Part shown: positions 1 through 7,379 of the stretch, in pieces
Position numbering within the stretch: position 1 is the first letter of the stretch
Layout: every line of letters begins with the position of its first letter
Assembly: GCA_964514965.1 (NCBI GenBank)
Contig: CAZETV010000001.1
Coordinates: 540,001-572,000, forward strand
Origin: Candidatus Hadarchaeota archaeon
GTDB taxonomy: Archaea; Hadarchaeota; Hadarchaeia; Hadarchaeales; Hadarchaeaceae
Direction of reading: 5' to 3'
Length of the DNA stretch: 32,000 bases
Program-made: the position numbers and the translations under genes
Notes under the pieces: model-generated
What the model was told of the DNA's origin: nothing
Seen by the model: only the letters and a program-made list of their open reading frames with translations
Databases searched by the model: none

Positions 1-109
1 GCTGTTGTCTGAAGCTTGCCGCTCAGGCAAAGGTAGTGAGCTAAGACATTTGTCCGGTTAGCTTCTAGAGGGATTAGAGTTAATAGTTTTACGATTTTAT
101 CAATTACTG

Positions 110-2614
110 GTGAGTAAAATTTCAGAAACTGAGCAACATCGTAGACTAAAGGAGCTTTTAGCTGAAAAACTGAAAGAATGGTTCGGCGTTTGTGTACCAG
201 AGTACCCTTCAGCTGGCCATGAACTGGACATATTTGGCGTCACGCCAGAAGGCGTCTCTATCTATATTGAGATAATATGGTCTCCATCAAGAACTCATTT
301 TTTGAATGACATAAATATGCTTCAACAATCTGATGCAGACGTAAAAGTGGCGATTGCGAGTCCTGAAATAATCTCAAAAGAGGAGTTTCGCAGGGAATTT
401 TCGAAAGTTGCTATTGCGCAGCGTCGCGAAGGGCAAGTATTCCATGGAGAGATGTTGAACGGTGAGAAAATTCTTCAAAACAAGGGTTTTATGGACAGTG
501 ATCTGAAGGGACTCTTTACACAGCTGGTAGCACAAGTAGCACCGTTAAAGAAAAGACCTCCTAGACCAAAGTTAAAGTTCCCCCAACCTCAAATCTCCGA
601 TACTTTGCCTGATGAGATAAGTGACAGACTTCTATCAAACCTGTTTCCGGTAGCCAGTATGCCTAAGTTTCCAGATGTGGAACAACGGCGCTTAATGGAG
701 TTTTTGAACAACGCCCTTTATACGTACCTGAAATCAAACCCGAGTTTGCAACAGCATCCCATATTTAGAAGCACCTATTTTTACAAGCCGGATAATAGCA
801 AGCCGAGGGTGGTCGATGGGCGAATCGTAGCATCGCCAGAATATCTGCCTTCCGGGGAGCTACACTATTGGGTGCACGACTCTGTAACTTTGAGGTTTGT
901 CGCGTTAGAAGAGATGATTTTTCTACTTGTGGAGCCATGTTACGTTTTCACCGAGGATGAGGAGAAGTTACTTCCCAAAGAAAAAGCCGGGCCACTTACA
1001 ACCAAAAAAATTGCCCATGAGTTCAACAGGCAATATTTGCAGCACATAAGATTTTGGATTTCTACTCTCGCAACTGACAAAGATAAAATTACAATACCAA
1101 CTAGTCTGGGCTCGATAGTTATTTCTGTAAGCGAAGCTGGGGTAAGTGTAAACTTTGGGGGGGGGAGTCAGGTGAATTCTCAACATGATTTCCAAAGCTG
1201 GCATGTAAATGAGCCGGAATTGTTTTTCGGAGGCGGTAATAGACATGTCGACCAGAAAATCGGACTCACACTTTACGGGCCAGCCCAGCTTCCTGATAAG
1301 GCCGATCTCATAAAGTCGATTAATGTGGGGATCGTGGGTACAGGTGAAACAGTTGGTCTCGCCGAAATGTGGATGGAAAAACTAAAGCGTGAGATACCAA
1401 GCAAAAAAGAGTCTGTACATTCTCCTTCATTCATGGGATTTGAAAAGACGTTCAATTGCGTACTTAATGTCGCAGATCAATGGAAAGAGATCATCCCTGA
1501 AAAAGAGATACAGCAACTTGCAGATCTAGAAAAATATAAAGATTGCGTAAATAAAGCTGTCGATTTGTTTGTAGAAAGGCTCCAAAGCTTGGTAGAACGA
1601 GAGCCGCGACCGCAAATCGTTATCTGTGCCATACCTCAAGCTCTTATACGTATAATCGGCAGTCGAAAAACATCTGTAGCAGTTCCAGAAGAAAATGATG
1701 TTGCGGATCCTCTACCCGAAGCGATAGATTTCCGGAGAGCATTGAAAGCTAAGGCGATGGGATTTGGGATACCAACTCAGCTGGCTAAAGAGAGTACATT
1801 TACAGGAAAGACGACCACAGAGGAAAGGCCATTACAAGATGAAGCTATGAGAGCTTGGAACTTCTCTGTTGCTCTGTACTATAAGGCTGGAGGGCTTCCG
1901 TGGAGATTGGCAGAGGCTTCTCCAAGGACTTGCTATATCGGCGTATCTTTCTACAGGGAATATTTTCTAAGCGCAGCCAGAACAAGAACCAGTTTAGTTC
2001 AGATTTTTACATATACAGGAGAAGGTCTTGTGTTAAGGGGCGACAGGTTCGAATGGGATAAAAAGATGGGCAAAAGCCCGCACCTTTCGAAACAAAATGC
2101 GTTTAAGTTGCTGAGAGACGCTATGGACGTTTATCAGCGCCACATGGGACAAACACCTGCGAGAGTAGTTATACATAAAAGCTCCCGTTATTGGAGCGAC
2201 GAACTCGCTGGGTTTAGGGAAGCTTGTCAGGGAATCGGCAAAGTCGATTTTGTTTCAGTTGGCAGGCGCGGAATTCGATTTTTGAGGCAAGGCTTGTACC
2301 CTCCTTTGCGTGGTACTGTGATACAGCTGTCCAAGCATAACTATCTGGTCTACACCCGCGGCTATGTGCCCTTATACAGAACTTATCCCGGTCTTCATGT
2401 TCCCCATCCTCTGGAAATACTGGAGCACCACGGTGACTCGGATATTCGAACTGTTTGCAAAGAGATACTTGGATTAACTAAAATGAACTGGAACAATGCT
2501 GACTATAGCATCCGCGAGCCAGTAACTTTACGCTTCTCGCGAGAAATTGGGGCGATTCTCGCTAATGTTCCAGAAGCTGTAAAGCCCAGACCACAATACT
2601 TGTTCTATATGTGA
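110..2614 (+). CDS. Catalytically inactive prokaryotic Argonaute (MID-PIWI) with an N-terminal PD-(D/E)xK-like nuclease-fold domain
   Basis: 834-aa ORF with a GTG start and a TATA-like TTAATAGTTTTA about 25 nt upstream. PIWI hallmarks: ALYYKAGGLPWRL, ARVVIHKSSRYW, YLVYTRGYVPLYRTYPGLHVPHPLEI, EPVTLRFSREIG. MID 5'-end pocket-like motif: DFRRALKAKAMGFGIPTQL. The expected DEDX positions read IGVSF, IHKSS and RFSRE, with no acidic residues, so slicer activity is predicted to be lost. The N-terminal ~120 aa read GHELD(40)IFGV...GVSIYIE(54)IIWS, resembling NucS/Mrr/DREN-type nuclease cores but with E-I-I instead of E-x-K. Confidence 0.8.
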   Translation: MSKISETEQHRRLKELLAEKLKEWFGVCVPEYPSAGHELDIFGVTPEGVSIYIEIIWSPSRTHFLNDINMLQQSDADVKVAIASPEIISKEEFRREFSKVAIAQRREGQVFHGEMLNGEKILQNKGFMDSDLKGLFTQLVAQVAPLKKRPPRPKLKFPQPQISDTLPDEISDRLLSNLFPVASMPKFPDVEQRRLMEFLNNALYTYLKSNPSLQQHPIFRSTYFYKPDNSKPRVVDGRIVASPEYLPSGELHYWVHDSVTLRFVALEEMIFLLVEPCYVFTEDEEKLLPKEKAGPLTTKKIAHEFNRQYLQHIRFWISTLATDKDKITIPTSLGSIVISVSEAGVSVNFGGGSQVNSQHDFQSWHVNEPELFFGGGNRHVDQKIGLTLYGPAQLPDKADLIKSINVGIVGTGETVGLAEMWMEKLKREIPSKKESVHSPSFMGFEKTFNCVLNVADQWKEIIPEKEIQQLADLEKYKDCVNKAVDLFVERLQSLVEREPRPQIVICAIPQALIRIIGSRKTSVAVPEENDVADPLPEAIDFRRALKAKAMGFGIPTQLAKESTFTGKTTTEERPLQDEAMRAWNFSVALYYKAGGLPWRLAEASPRTCYIGVSFYREYFLSAARTRTSLVQIFTYTGEGLVLRGDRFEWDKKMGKSPHLSKQNAFKLLRDAMDVYQRHMGQTPARVVIHKSSRYWSDELAGFREACQGIGKVDFVSVGRRGIRFLRQGLYPPLRGTVIQLSKHNYLVYTRGYVPLYRTYPGLHVPHPLEILEHHGDSDIRTVCKEILGLTKMNWNNADYSIREPVTLRFSREIGAILANVPEAVKPRPQYLFYM

Positions 2615-2808
2615 ATTTATCGGATAGGTTTACAGATCTGGTACAATAACTTAACTTTGGCAAATCTAGGCTTTTAAACCTCCGATGATGGCTTTTGGCC
2701 ATGACAAAGAACTCTACAAGTTTGAGAGGATGCTTGAGGAAAGCCGATGACAAGCGAACTTAAGTAAACCCAAAAGGGAGCGGGCCGGACGGGACTCGTA
2801 CAGGTTTT

Positions 2809-2838
2809 GGGTTCGGGTCCAGCGCAAAATTGCGATTT
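2809..2838. repeat. 30-nt direct repeat, copy 1 (gggttcgggtccagcgcaaaattgcgattt)
   Basis: 27/30 identical to copy 2 at 2999-3028. Contains the small palindrome cgca-aaat-tgcg followed by T-rich sequence. Confidence 0.85.
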
Positions 2839-2998
2839 AAATCCAACAGCGTGGCAGAAAGTTCGCAGGAGCAGGACTCACCCGAGCCGCTAGATTAGCA
2901 CTCGGATTAGTCCGGATTCGTCGGTGTCTATACCCAATAAGGTGCAAGTACCGGCCATCCGTGGGGCAAAGCGGGCCTGGTGGTGTCCGCACCCAAAA

Positions 2999-3028
2999 GG
3001 GTTCGCGTTCAGCGCAAAAATGCGATTT
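2999..3028. repeat. 30-nt direct repeat, copy 2 (gggttcgcgttcagcgcaaaaatgcgattt)
   Basis: 27/30 identical to copy 1. It is preceded by acccaaaaggg (2991-3001), which also occurs at 2768-2778. Confidence 0.85.
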
Positions 3029-3099
3029 TTTCTGACAAATCCCCAATTAATTTGGCTTTATAACCCCCCTCTTTCCAGACGTTTATTCAAGAGGGAAAA

Positions 3100-4332
3100 A
3101 TGAAGAGCGAAAAAGGAGAAAACAGGCTCGGTTTAAGGAGGGGGATAAAGCGCCGTGGATTCCTTATCGCCGCGTTGGTCTCTTCAATCACCCTCATCCT
3201 TTTGTGCTGGTCCCCCGCCCACTCGATTAAAATAGGATTCTTGCTGTCCCCATCGATCCTAGCTGTCCTATCAGTTGCGGTTTTATTGAGCTCTCGAAGA
3301 CGCCCGCCACGGCGCTTGCCACTACGCCATTTAGGAAAGCTTACGTTGCTCCCCTGTATAGTACTTGTTCTGGTATTCGTTGTTTTTCCGCGGTTTCTCA
3401 CTCCTTATTCGGTTTTTCTCGGCGTTGCGGTGCCTCTCTCCATCATTTCGTTCCTGGCCACCCTCGCGGTTCTGGGGCGGGCAGACAAATCCCTTGCAAC
3501 ACTTGGGATTCTGTTGCTTGTTTTGATCCCCATGGTCTCCCCGTGGCTCGTCCCCCTCTCGCACGCAAATATTTTCGGGGGGAGGGAAATCGAGGGGATC
3601 GCCTCCGGGATTGCCGCTGGCGAGCCAAATGCAGAACTAGTGGCAAGGAGCATAAACAGCTGGGTTTACAACAACATGAGGGATGCCAACAAATATGGAT
3701 TCGGAGAACAATTTTTTGATTTCCGTACAATCTCCGAGCCCCCGTACATATGGAGGAGGAGCAACGATCCGTCTGAGATTATTTTTTACAGGTACGGCGC
3801 CTGCGAGGAATACGCACGTCTATTTGTGGGGTTGGCCACGGAAGCGAAGCTCTCCAGTTGGCGCGTGCACAGTCCGGGGGAAGATCACGTTTGGGCCGAG
3901 GTCGAGATAGATAACTCGCCTGTGTTTTTCGACCCGAGCAACAACATATTCGGAAATACGGGGGGATACGAAGACATGCGGAGCGTGCAGGTATCCCAGG
4001 TTTACGCGGTTTATGAGAACGGGGAGAACCGCGACATCACAAGCAGGTACACGGACACGGGAAGACTGACTGTCTTTGTAACGAAGGATAATGAACCAGT
4101 CAACGGCGCGACAGTAATAGTGAAGAGCAAATTCCTGTGGCAGCGTGAACCTGACAAGTATGATTGCCCACGGAATGTCACTGAAAGTAGCACCGGCGAC
4201 AATGGCATCTGCATCTTCGATCTGGGGGGGAACGACTACCTGATCCGCGCGGAATCGGGCGGCCTCTGGGATGAGGAAAACGTCGCCGTGGTAGAAAACG
4301 ACAACGTCTTCGTGGAGCTGCAGCTGAGCTGA
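3100..4332 (+). CDS. Multi-pass membrane protein with a transglutaminase-like cysteine protease core and a C-terminal CarboxypepD_reg-like beta domain
   Basis: ATG start preceded by GAGGG. Hydrophobic N-terminal half with several predicted TM helices. Cys-His-Asp triad context: YRYGACEEYARLF, GEDHVWAEVEI, PVFFDPSNN. C-terminal segment LTVFVTKDNEPVNGATVIVKS...DNGICIFDL. Confidence 0.6.
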   Translation: MKSEKGENRLGLRRGIKRRGFLIAALVSSITLILLCWSPAHSIKIGFLLSPSILAVLSVAVLLSSRRRPPRRLPLRHLGKLTLLPCIVLVLVFVVFPRFLTPYSVFLGVAVPLSIISFLATLAVLGRADKSLATLGILLLVLIPMVSPWLVPLSHANIFGGREIEGIASGIAAGEPNAELVARSINSWVYNNMRDANKYGFGEQFFDFRTISEPPYIWRRSNDPSEIIFYRYGACEEYARLFVGLATEAKLSSWRVHSPGEDHVWAEVEIDNSPVFFDPSNNIFGNTGGYEDMRSVQVSQVYAVYENGENRDITSRYTDTGRLTVFVTKDNEPVNGATVIVKSKFLWQREPDKYDCPRNVTESSTGDNGICIFDLGGNDYLIRAESGGLWDEENVAVVENDNVFVELQLS

Positions 4333-4357
4333 AATCGAGCGAAGGGTGGGACAAGAA

Positions 4358-5089
4358 ATGCCGAAACGTCCAAAACCCGAATCGAAAACGGCTGGCCCCA
4401 AGCGGTGGGGGCGCGGGCTCCTTCCCCTTCTATGCGCCGTTCTATTGCTCGTGTCCGTTTTGCTGTCATACGTTCTTGCGGTGGGCATCAACTCCTTCTT
4501 CGAGGGGATTTTGGGGGAGAAAGCCCAAGCCGAGCTAGAGGCCCCGTTCGTGGAGGAGCTCCTGAAACCGCTTGGTCTGATCCTCCTGGCGGCCGTGCTC
4601 TGGTGGGCGAACCGCATCGGGAAGGTAAGGGTTGACTGGCTGAAATCCGCTAAAGTCTACTACACAATCGGGTACGTTAGCGGGTTGGTTTTCGGGCTGC
4701 TTGAGAATTTGCTCAGCTACGAGAAATTTTCTGGCTTGAGGGGGATAGCTCCGTTCTCCCACGCGTTCGGAGCTGGCATGGTAGGTGTGGGCATCTACTA
4801 CGTGCTGACGCGAGGGAAAGGGGGGCTGGGCATGTTTGCTTTCCTGTACTCTATTGCGGCCCTGCTCCACTTCGCTTGGAACAACATCTTGGCTGCGCGG
4901 GCCGTGCTGGGGGCGTTCGAGACGATAATCGGTCTCGCGGCGTTCCTTGTTTTCTTCCAACTCGAACTCCGGGGAAGGTTTGGTTTTCCGCCAAAAGGGA
5001 GTGGCTCTCCCACGGGATGTAGCGGGCATAAGGCGGAATTTACACCATTCTCGTCCCAAAGTTTATACATGCTCGCAAAACAATATTAA
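4358..5089 (+). CDS. CPBP/PrsW-superfamily intramembrane protease-like protein
   Basis: Polytopic membrane ORF. The track starts at GTG 4346; ATG 4358 has GGTGG about 10 nt upstream. Motifs: FVEELLKPLG (EExxK), PFSHAFGAG and LLHFAWNN (HxxxN), as in the PrsW and CAAX/Abi (CPBP) families. The 3' end crosses a 16-bp direct repeat. Confidence 0.5.
   Translation: MPKRPKPESKTAGPKRWGRGLLPLLCAVLLLVSVLLSYVLAVGINSFFEGILGEKAQAELEAPFVEELLKPLGLILLAAVLWWANRIGKVRVDWLKSAKVYYTIGYVSGLVFGLLENLLSYEKFSGLRGIAPFSHAFGAGMVGVGIYYVLTRGKGGLGMFAFLYSIAALLHFAWNNILAARAVLGAFETIIGLAAFLVFFQLELRGRFGFPPKGSGSPTGCSGHKAEFTPFSSQSLYMLAKQY
5032..5047. repeat. 16-bp perfect direct repeat, left copy (ggcggaatttacacca)
   Basis: Identical 16-mer at 5581-5596, exactly 549 bp (183 codons) away. 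The pair brackets an AT-rich single-gene segment. Confidence 0.8.
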
Positions 5090-5125
5090 AAATAAGAAAT
5101 TTTGGTCAAAGAAGGAGAGTCCATC

Positions 5126-5569
5126 ATGCCTCACCACACTAAAAAGGTAGAAGCAGTTGTATTTCCACTCAAAGATTTGTACATAGACCGATTCTTTAAT
5201 GATGGAAAAGATGTATTCATAAAGTTTCCAACTCACGAGATTCTCCCAGAGACTACAAAATTTTTAAAACGTCTAATTTTTTACGCTTCTCGTGCAGATA
5301 AAACATTAAGGGGTGAAGCTACTTTAAAAAAAGTAAATCTCATTTCTTTAGAAGACGCACGAAAGAGATACGGTGGTAGGATTTTTCTCAATACGACTGA
5401 AATTTCGCAATATGCCAGAGGCAGAACTAAAAAGATACTTGTGTTTGAACTTGGTAGATTGAAGAAGTACCAGAAGCCGATCCCGTGGAAGAAACCGATG
5501 ACCATGGTTGGATGCTATCTAACTGACGAAGAGTATCGCAAAGCGATCAATATGAACATGGAGACATAG
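5126..5569 (+). CDS. Hypothetical protein, ASCH/PUA-like fold suspected
   Basis: The track ORF begins at TTG 5102. ATG 5126 has GAAGGAGAG 7 nt upstream, so it is preferred. The pattern FPLKDLYIDRFFNDGKDVFIKF ... RLIFYASRADKTLRGEATLKKV ... KKILVFELGRLKKYQKPIPW resembles ASCH-domain proteins. This was judged by eye only. The gene is AT-rich relative to its flanks. Confidence 0.4.
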   Translation: MPHHTKKVEAVVFPLKDLYIDRFFNDGKDVFIKFPTHEILPETTKFLKRLIFYASRADKTLRGEATLKKVNLISLEDARKRYGGRIFLNTTEISQYARGRTKKILVFELGRLKKYQKPIPWKKPMTMVGCYLTDEEYRKAINMNMET

Positions 5570-5580
5570 CGAGCTCAAGG

Positions 5581-5596
5581 GGCGGAATTTACACCA
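5581..5596. repeat. 16-bp perfect direct repeat, right copy (ggcggaatttacacca)
   Basis: Identical to 5032-5047. Confidence 0.8.
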
Positions 5597-5735
5597 ATAG
5601 GAAATTGTATTCAGGGTCTTGTCTTGCGCATAAATTTTGAAAATTATTCGCCCCCCCATAACTTCTCCCATTCATCTGGCGCACATATTATCCTAAGATC
5701 GGGGGCGGGTTCAGAGCCGCCGATTCTTAGTAGCT

Positions 5736-7379
5736 TTATCTTCGATTGATACGACGGTCGCGTAGCTTGGACCAGATACCCCTGAGGGTGTTAACCTGCT
5801 GAGCTGTCAAACCTAACTGATTCATGAGGAGCATTTGGTCGGTCAAATCCAGAACACTCCCTATACCCTCCTTGCTCAGCACCTGATTCAAATAGTCGAT
5901 GTCAAGATTATCAGCTCCTTGAAGGGGGATGGGCAAGCTGGCAATTTCGCTGGGGTACATCTCGAGGACGCCACCTCCGTAGCTACGCCCCATGACCTCG
6001 GAGAAAGCGAAAGTCAACGAGTTGAGGAGCGCGGCGGCTACAGTATTGATATTTGTTTCCCCAACCATCTTGACTCGATGAATGGTGTCAGTGGAGGTGG
6101 CGTCGGTCCGGTTCACAATTATTCTCGGATGCTGATGAATCTGTCGGAGCATGAAACCGTGAGGAATCCACGTAGACGGGACGGTGTACCAGGGGTCTCG
6201 TATTCGGCACTTGTACCCTTCGTGGATACCTTGGTCTTCACCTGACGTTATGTAGGACCTTAGTGATTTATGAAGCTTGTTTTTTGGCTCCGGAGGAATT
6301 TTGAGCAAGAGCACGGGGCGGTTCTTTCGCAGGTCGCTTTCCCAATCATCTTTGCTGAAAACGATGCCGCTGAAGTGGGCTGATCGCGTGACAATGGGCA
6401 CCGTGTAATCTGTAATACCCAACTCTCTCGCCTGGCTCTTTGTCAGAATGAAGAAGCTGTTCTGGCCAGTCACAACCCCTACGTCTATATCAAGGACATC
6501 TTCTCCCCTAGAGATTTCTCTATTCTCTCGCAGTTTTCTCAGAAGGAGAATCTCATCCTTGTCAAGGAAGTATTGCGTCCACTTCTCCCGAGTGTGATCC
6601 ATCGGCTTAACTTCCCGTCTCAGAATCTCATCATGGTCATAGGTTTTGAGGTCCCCCATGTTCCTGAGTTCTACGACGCGAATCCCCGTGGTGTTCGCTC
6701 CGCCACTCTCAGCCAGAAAGAGTACAACTTCCTGTTGGATTCCGCCGAAGACGAGTCGCTCGAAGGTGACGAGGACGATGTTCTTGTAATATGTACTCAG
6801 GAATTCCCTAAGCTCAGCTGCGTAGCTGACCTGAAGAAGCTCGGCGGGAATGACCATGCCCAGGCGTCCGTGCTCTTTCAGCAAGAGCGTTGACCCGACG
6901 AGAAATGGCATCCAAGTATTTGTCAATCTGCTAGGATGGAGACCTGTGCTACGCATCAGCTCCATCGCAATCTCTCGTTGCTTCTTCGGAAAATTCTGAT
7001 AGCGGATAAAGGGGGGGTTACCAACTACAGCGTCAAAAAGGTCACGTTTCATCAGACGGGCACGGCAATACTCAAAGAAATCCCCCGTTCGAACAATCTC
7101 CCTAGCGCCCTGAATCCCTAACATTCGTAGGCGTTTCCTAGCCTTCTCGGCTTCCTTGGGGTTGAGCTCAACCGCCCTAATCTGACTGCTGAGGGAATCC
7201 TTCGCCTCTAGACTTGCAAGTCTTTCGGTGACAAATCTCAAGAACACGCCGTCGCCGCAGCCCGGCTCGAGGACTTTTGCGTTGGCGGACTGAACCGTCC
7301 AGTTCGTGATGAACTTCGCAAGAGGGTCTGGTGTGTAGTAACCCCCACGCAGTTTCTGAGGTGACGGCTCGGTTTTCAT
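5736..7379 (-). CDS. N6-adenine DNA methyltransferase (Eco57I-family/gamma-class, companion methylase)
   Basis: SAM motif VLEPGCGDGVFLRF and catalytic motif VVGNPPFIRYQNF, followed by a C-terminal target-recognition region. The start overlaps the upstream gene's stop (ATGA at 7376-7379). Confidence 0.8.
   Translation of the reverse strand: MKTEPSPQKLRGGYYTPDPLAKFITNWTVQSANAKVLEPGCGDGVFLRFVTERLASLEAKDSLSSQIRAVELNPKEAEKARKRLRMLGIQGAREIVRTGDFFEYCRARLMKRDLFDAVVGNPPFIRYQNFPKKQREIAMELMRSTGLHPSRLTNTWMPFLVGSTLLLKEHGRLGMVIPAELLQVSYAAELREFLSTYYKNIVLVTFERLVFGGIQQEVVLFLAESGGANTTGIRVVELRNMGDLKTYDHDEILRREVKPMDHTREKWTQYFLDKDEILLLRKLRENREISRGEDVLDIDVGVVTGQNSFFILTKSQARELGITDYTVPIVTRSAHFSGIVFSKDDWESDLRKNRPVLLLKIPPEPKNKLHKSLRSYITSGEDQGIHEGYKCRIRDPWYTVPSTWIPHGFMLRQIHQHPRIIVNRTDATSTDTIHRVKMVGETNINTVAAALLNSLTFAFSEVMGRSYGGGVLEMYPSEIASLPIPLQGADNLDIDYLNQVLSKEGIGSVLDLTDQMLLMNQLGLTAQQVNTLRGIWSKLRDRRINRR

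Larger units (their letters stand above)
2768..3030 (+). ncRNA. Candidate structured non-coding RNA / repeat-bearing GC-rich element (family not identified)
   Basis: GC-rich island in a 485-bp intergenic gap with no credible ORF. Three stems are visible. (1) cccaaaa (2769-2775) pairs with ttttggg (2805-2811). (2) A three-tier hairpin at 2874-2913: GGACU/AGUCC, CCGAG/CUCGG, GCUA-GAU-UAGC. (3) A hairpin at 2941-2993: GGUGC...GCACC enclosing ACCGGCC...GGCCUGGU. The region ends in a mini-hairpin plus T6 run (3012-3030). Strand and family are uncertain. Confidence 0.25.

Noticed and set aside
2809-3028. Two 30-nt repeats separated by ~160 bp next to a defence gene, considered as a possible mini-CRISPR array
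   Set aside because: There are only two copies. The spacing is far longer than a spacer. The intervening DNA is itself highly structured. No cas genes are present. This is not a CRISPR array.
2736-3030. RNase P RNA or SRP RNA identity for the structured region: gaggaaagcc at 2736-2745 resembles the RNase P CR-I GAGGAAAGUCC, and GGAGCAGG at 2867-2874 resembles the SRP helix 8 AGCA loop
   Set aside because: I found no matching CR-V (ACAnAAnnnGGnUUA) partner for RNase P. I also found no GNAR tetraloop/helix 8 geometry for SRP on either strand. The similarity is limited to short words, so the region is left as an unassigned candidate ncRNA.
2837-3046. 69-aa minus-strand ORF, plus the overlapping ORFs at 2562-2753 and 3087-3401
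   Set aside because: They lie within the structured/repeat region or antisense to a well-supported gene. They have Arg/Pro-rich composition typical of GC-rich non-coding frames and no RBS or motif.
7011-7017. G7/C7 homopolymers at 7011-7017 and ~8786-8792 in the methyltransferase genes, considered as phase-variation tracts
   Set aside because: They simply encode the Asn-Pro-Pro of the catalytic NPPF/NPPY motifs (aac ccc ccc). They are shorter than the pAgo G9 tract. There is no independent reason to invoke slippage.
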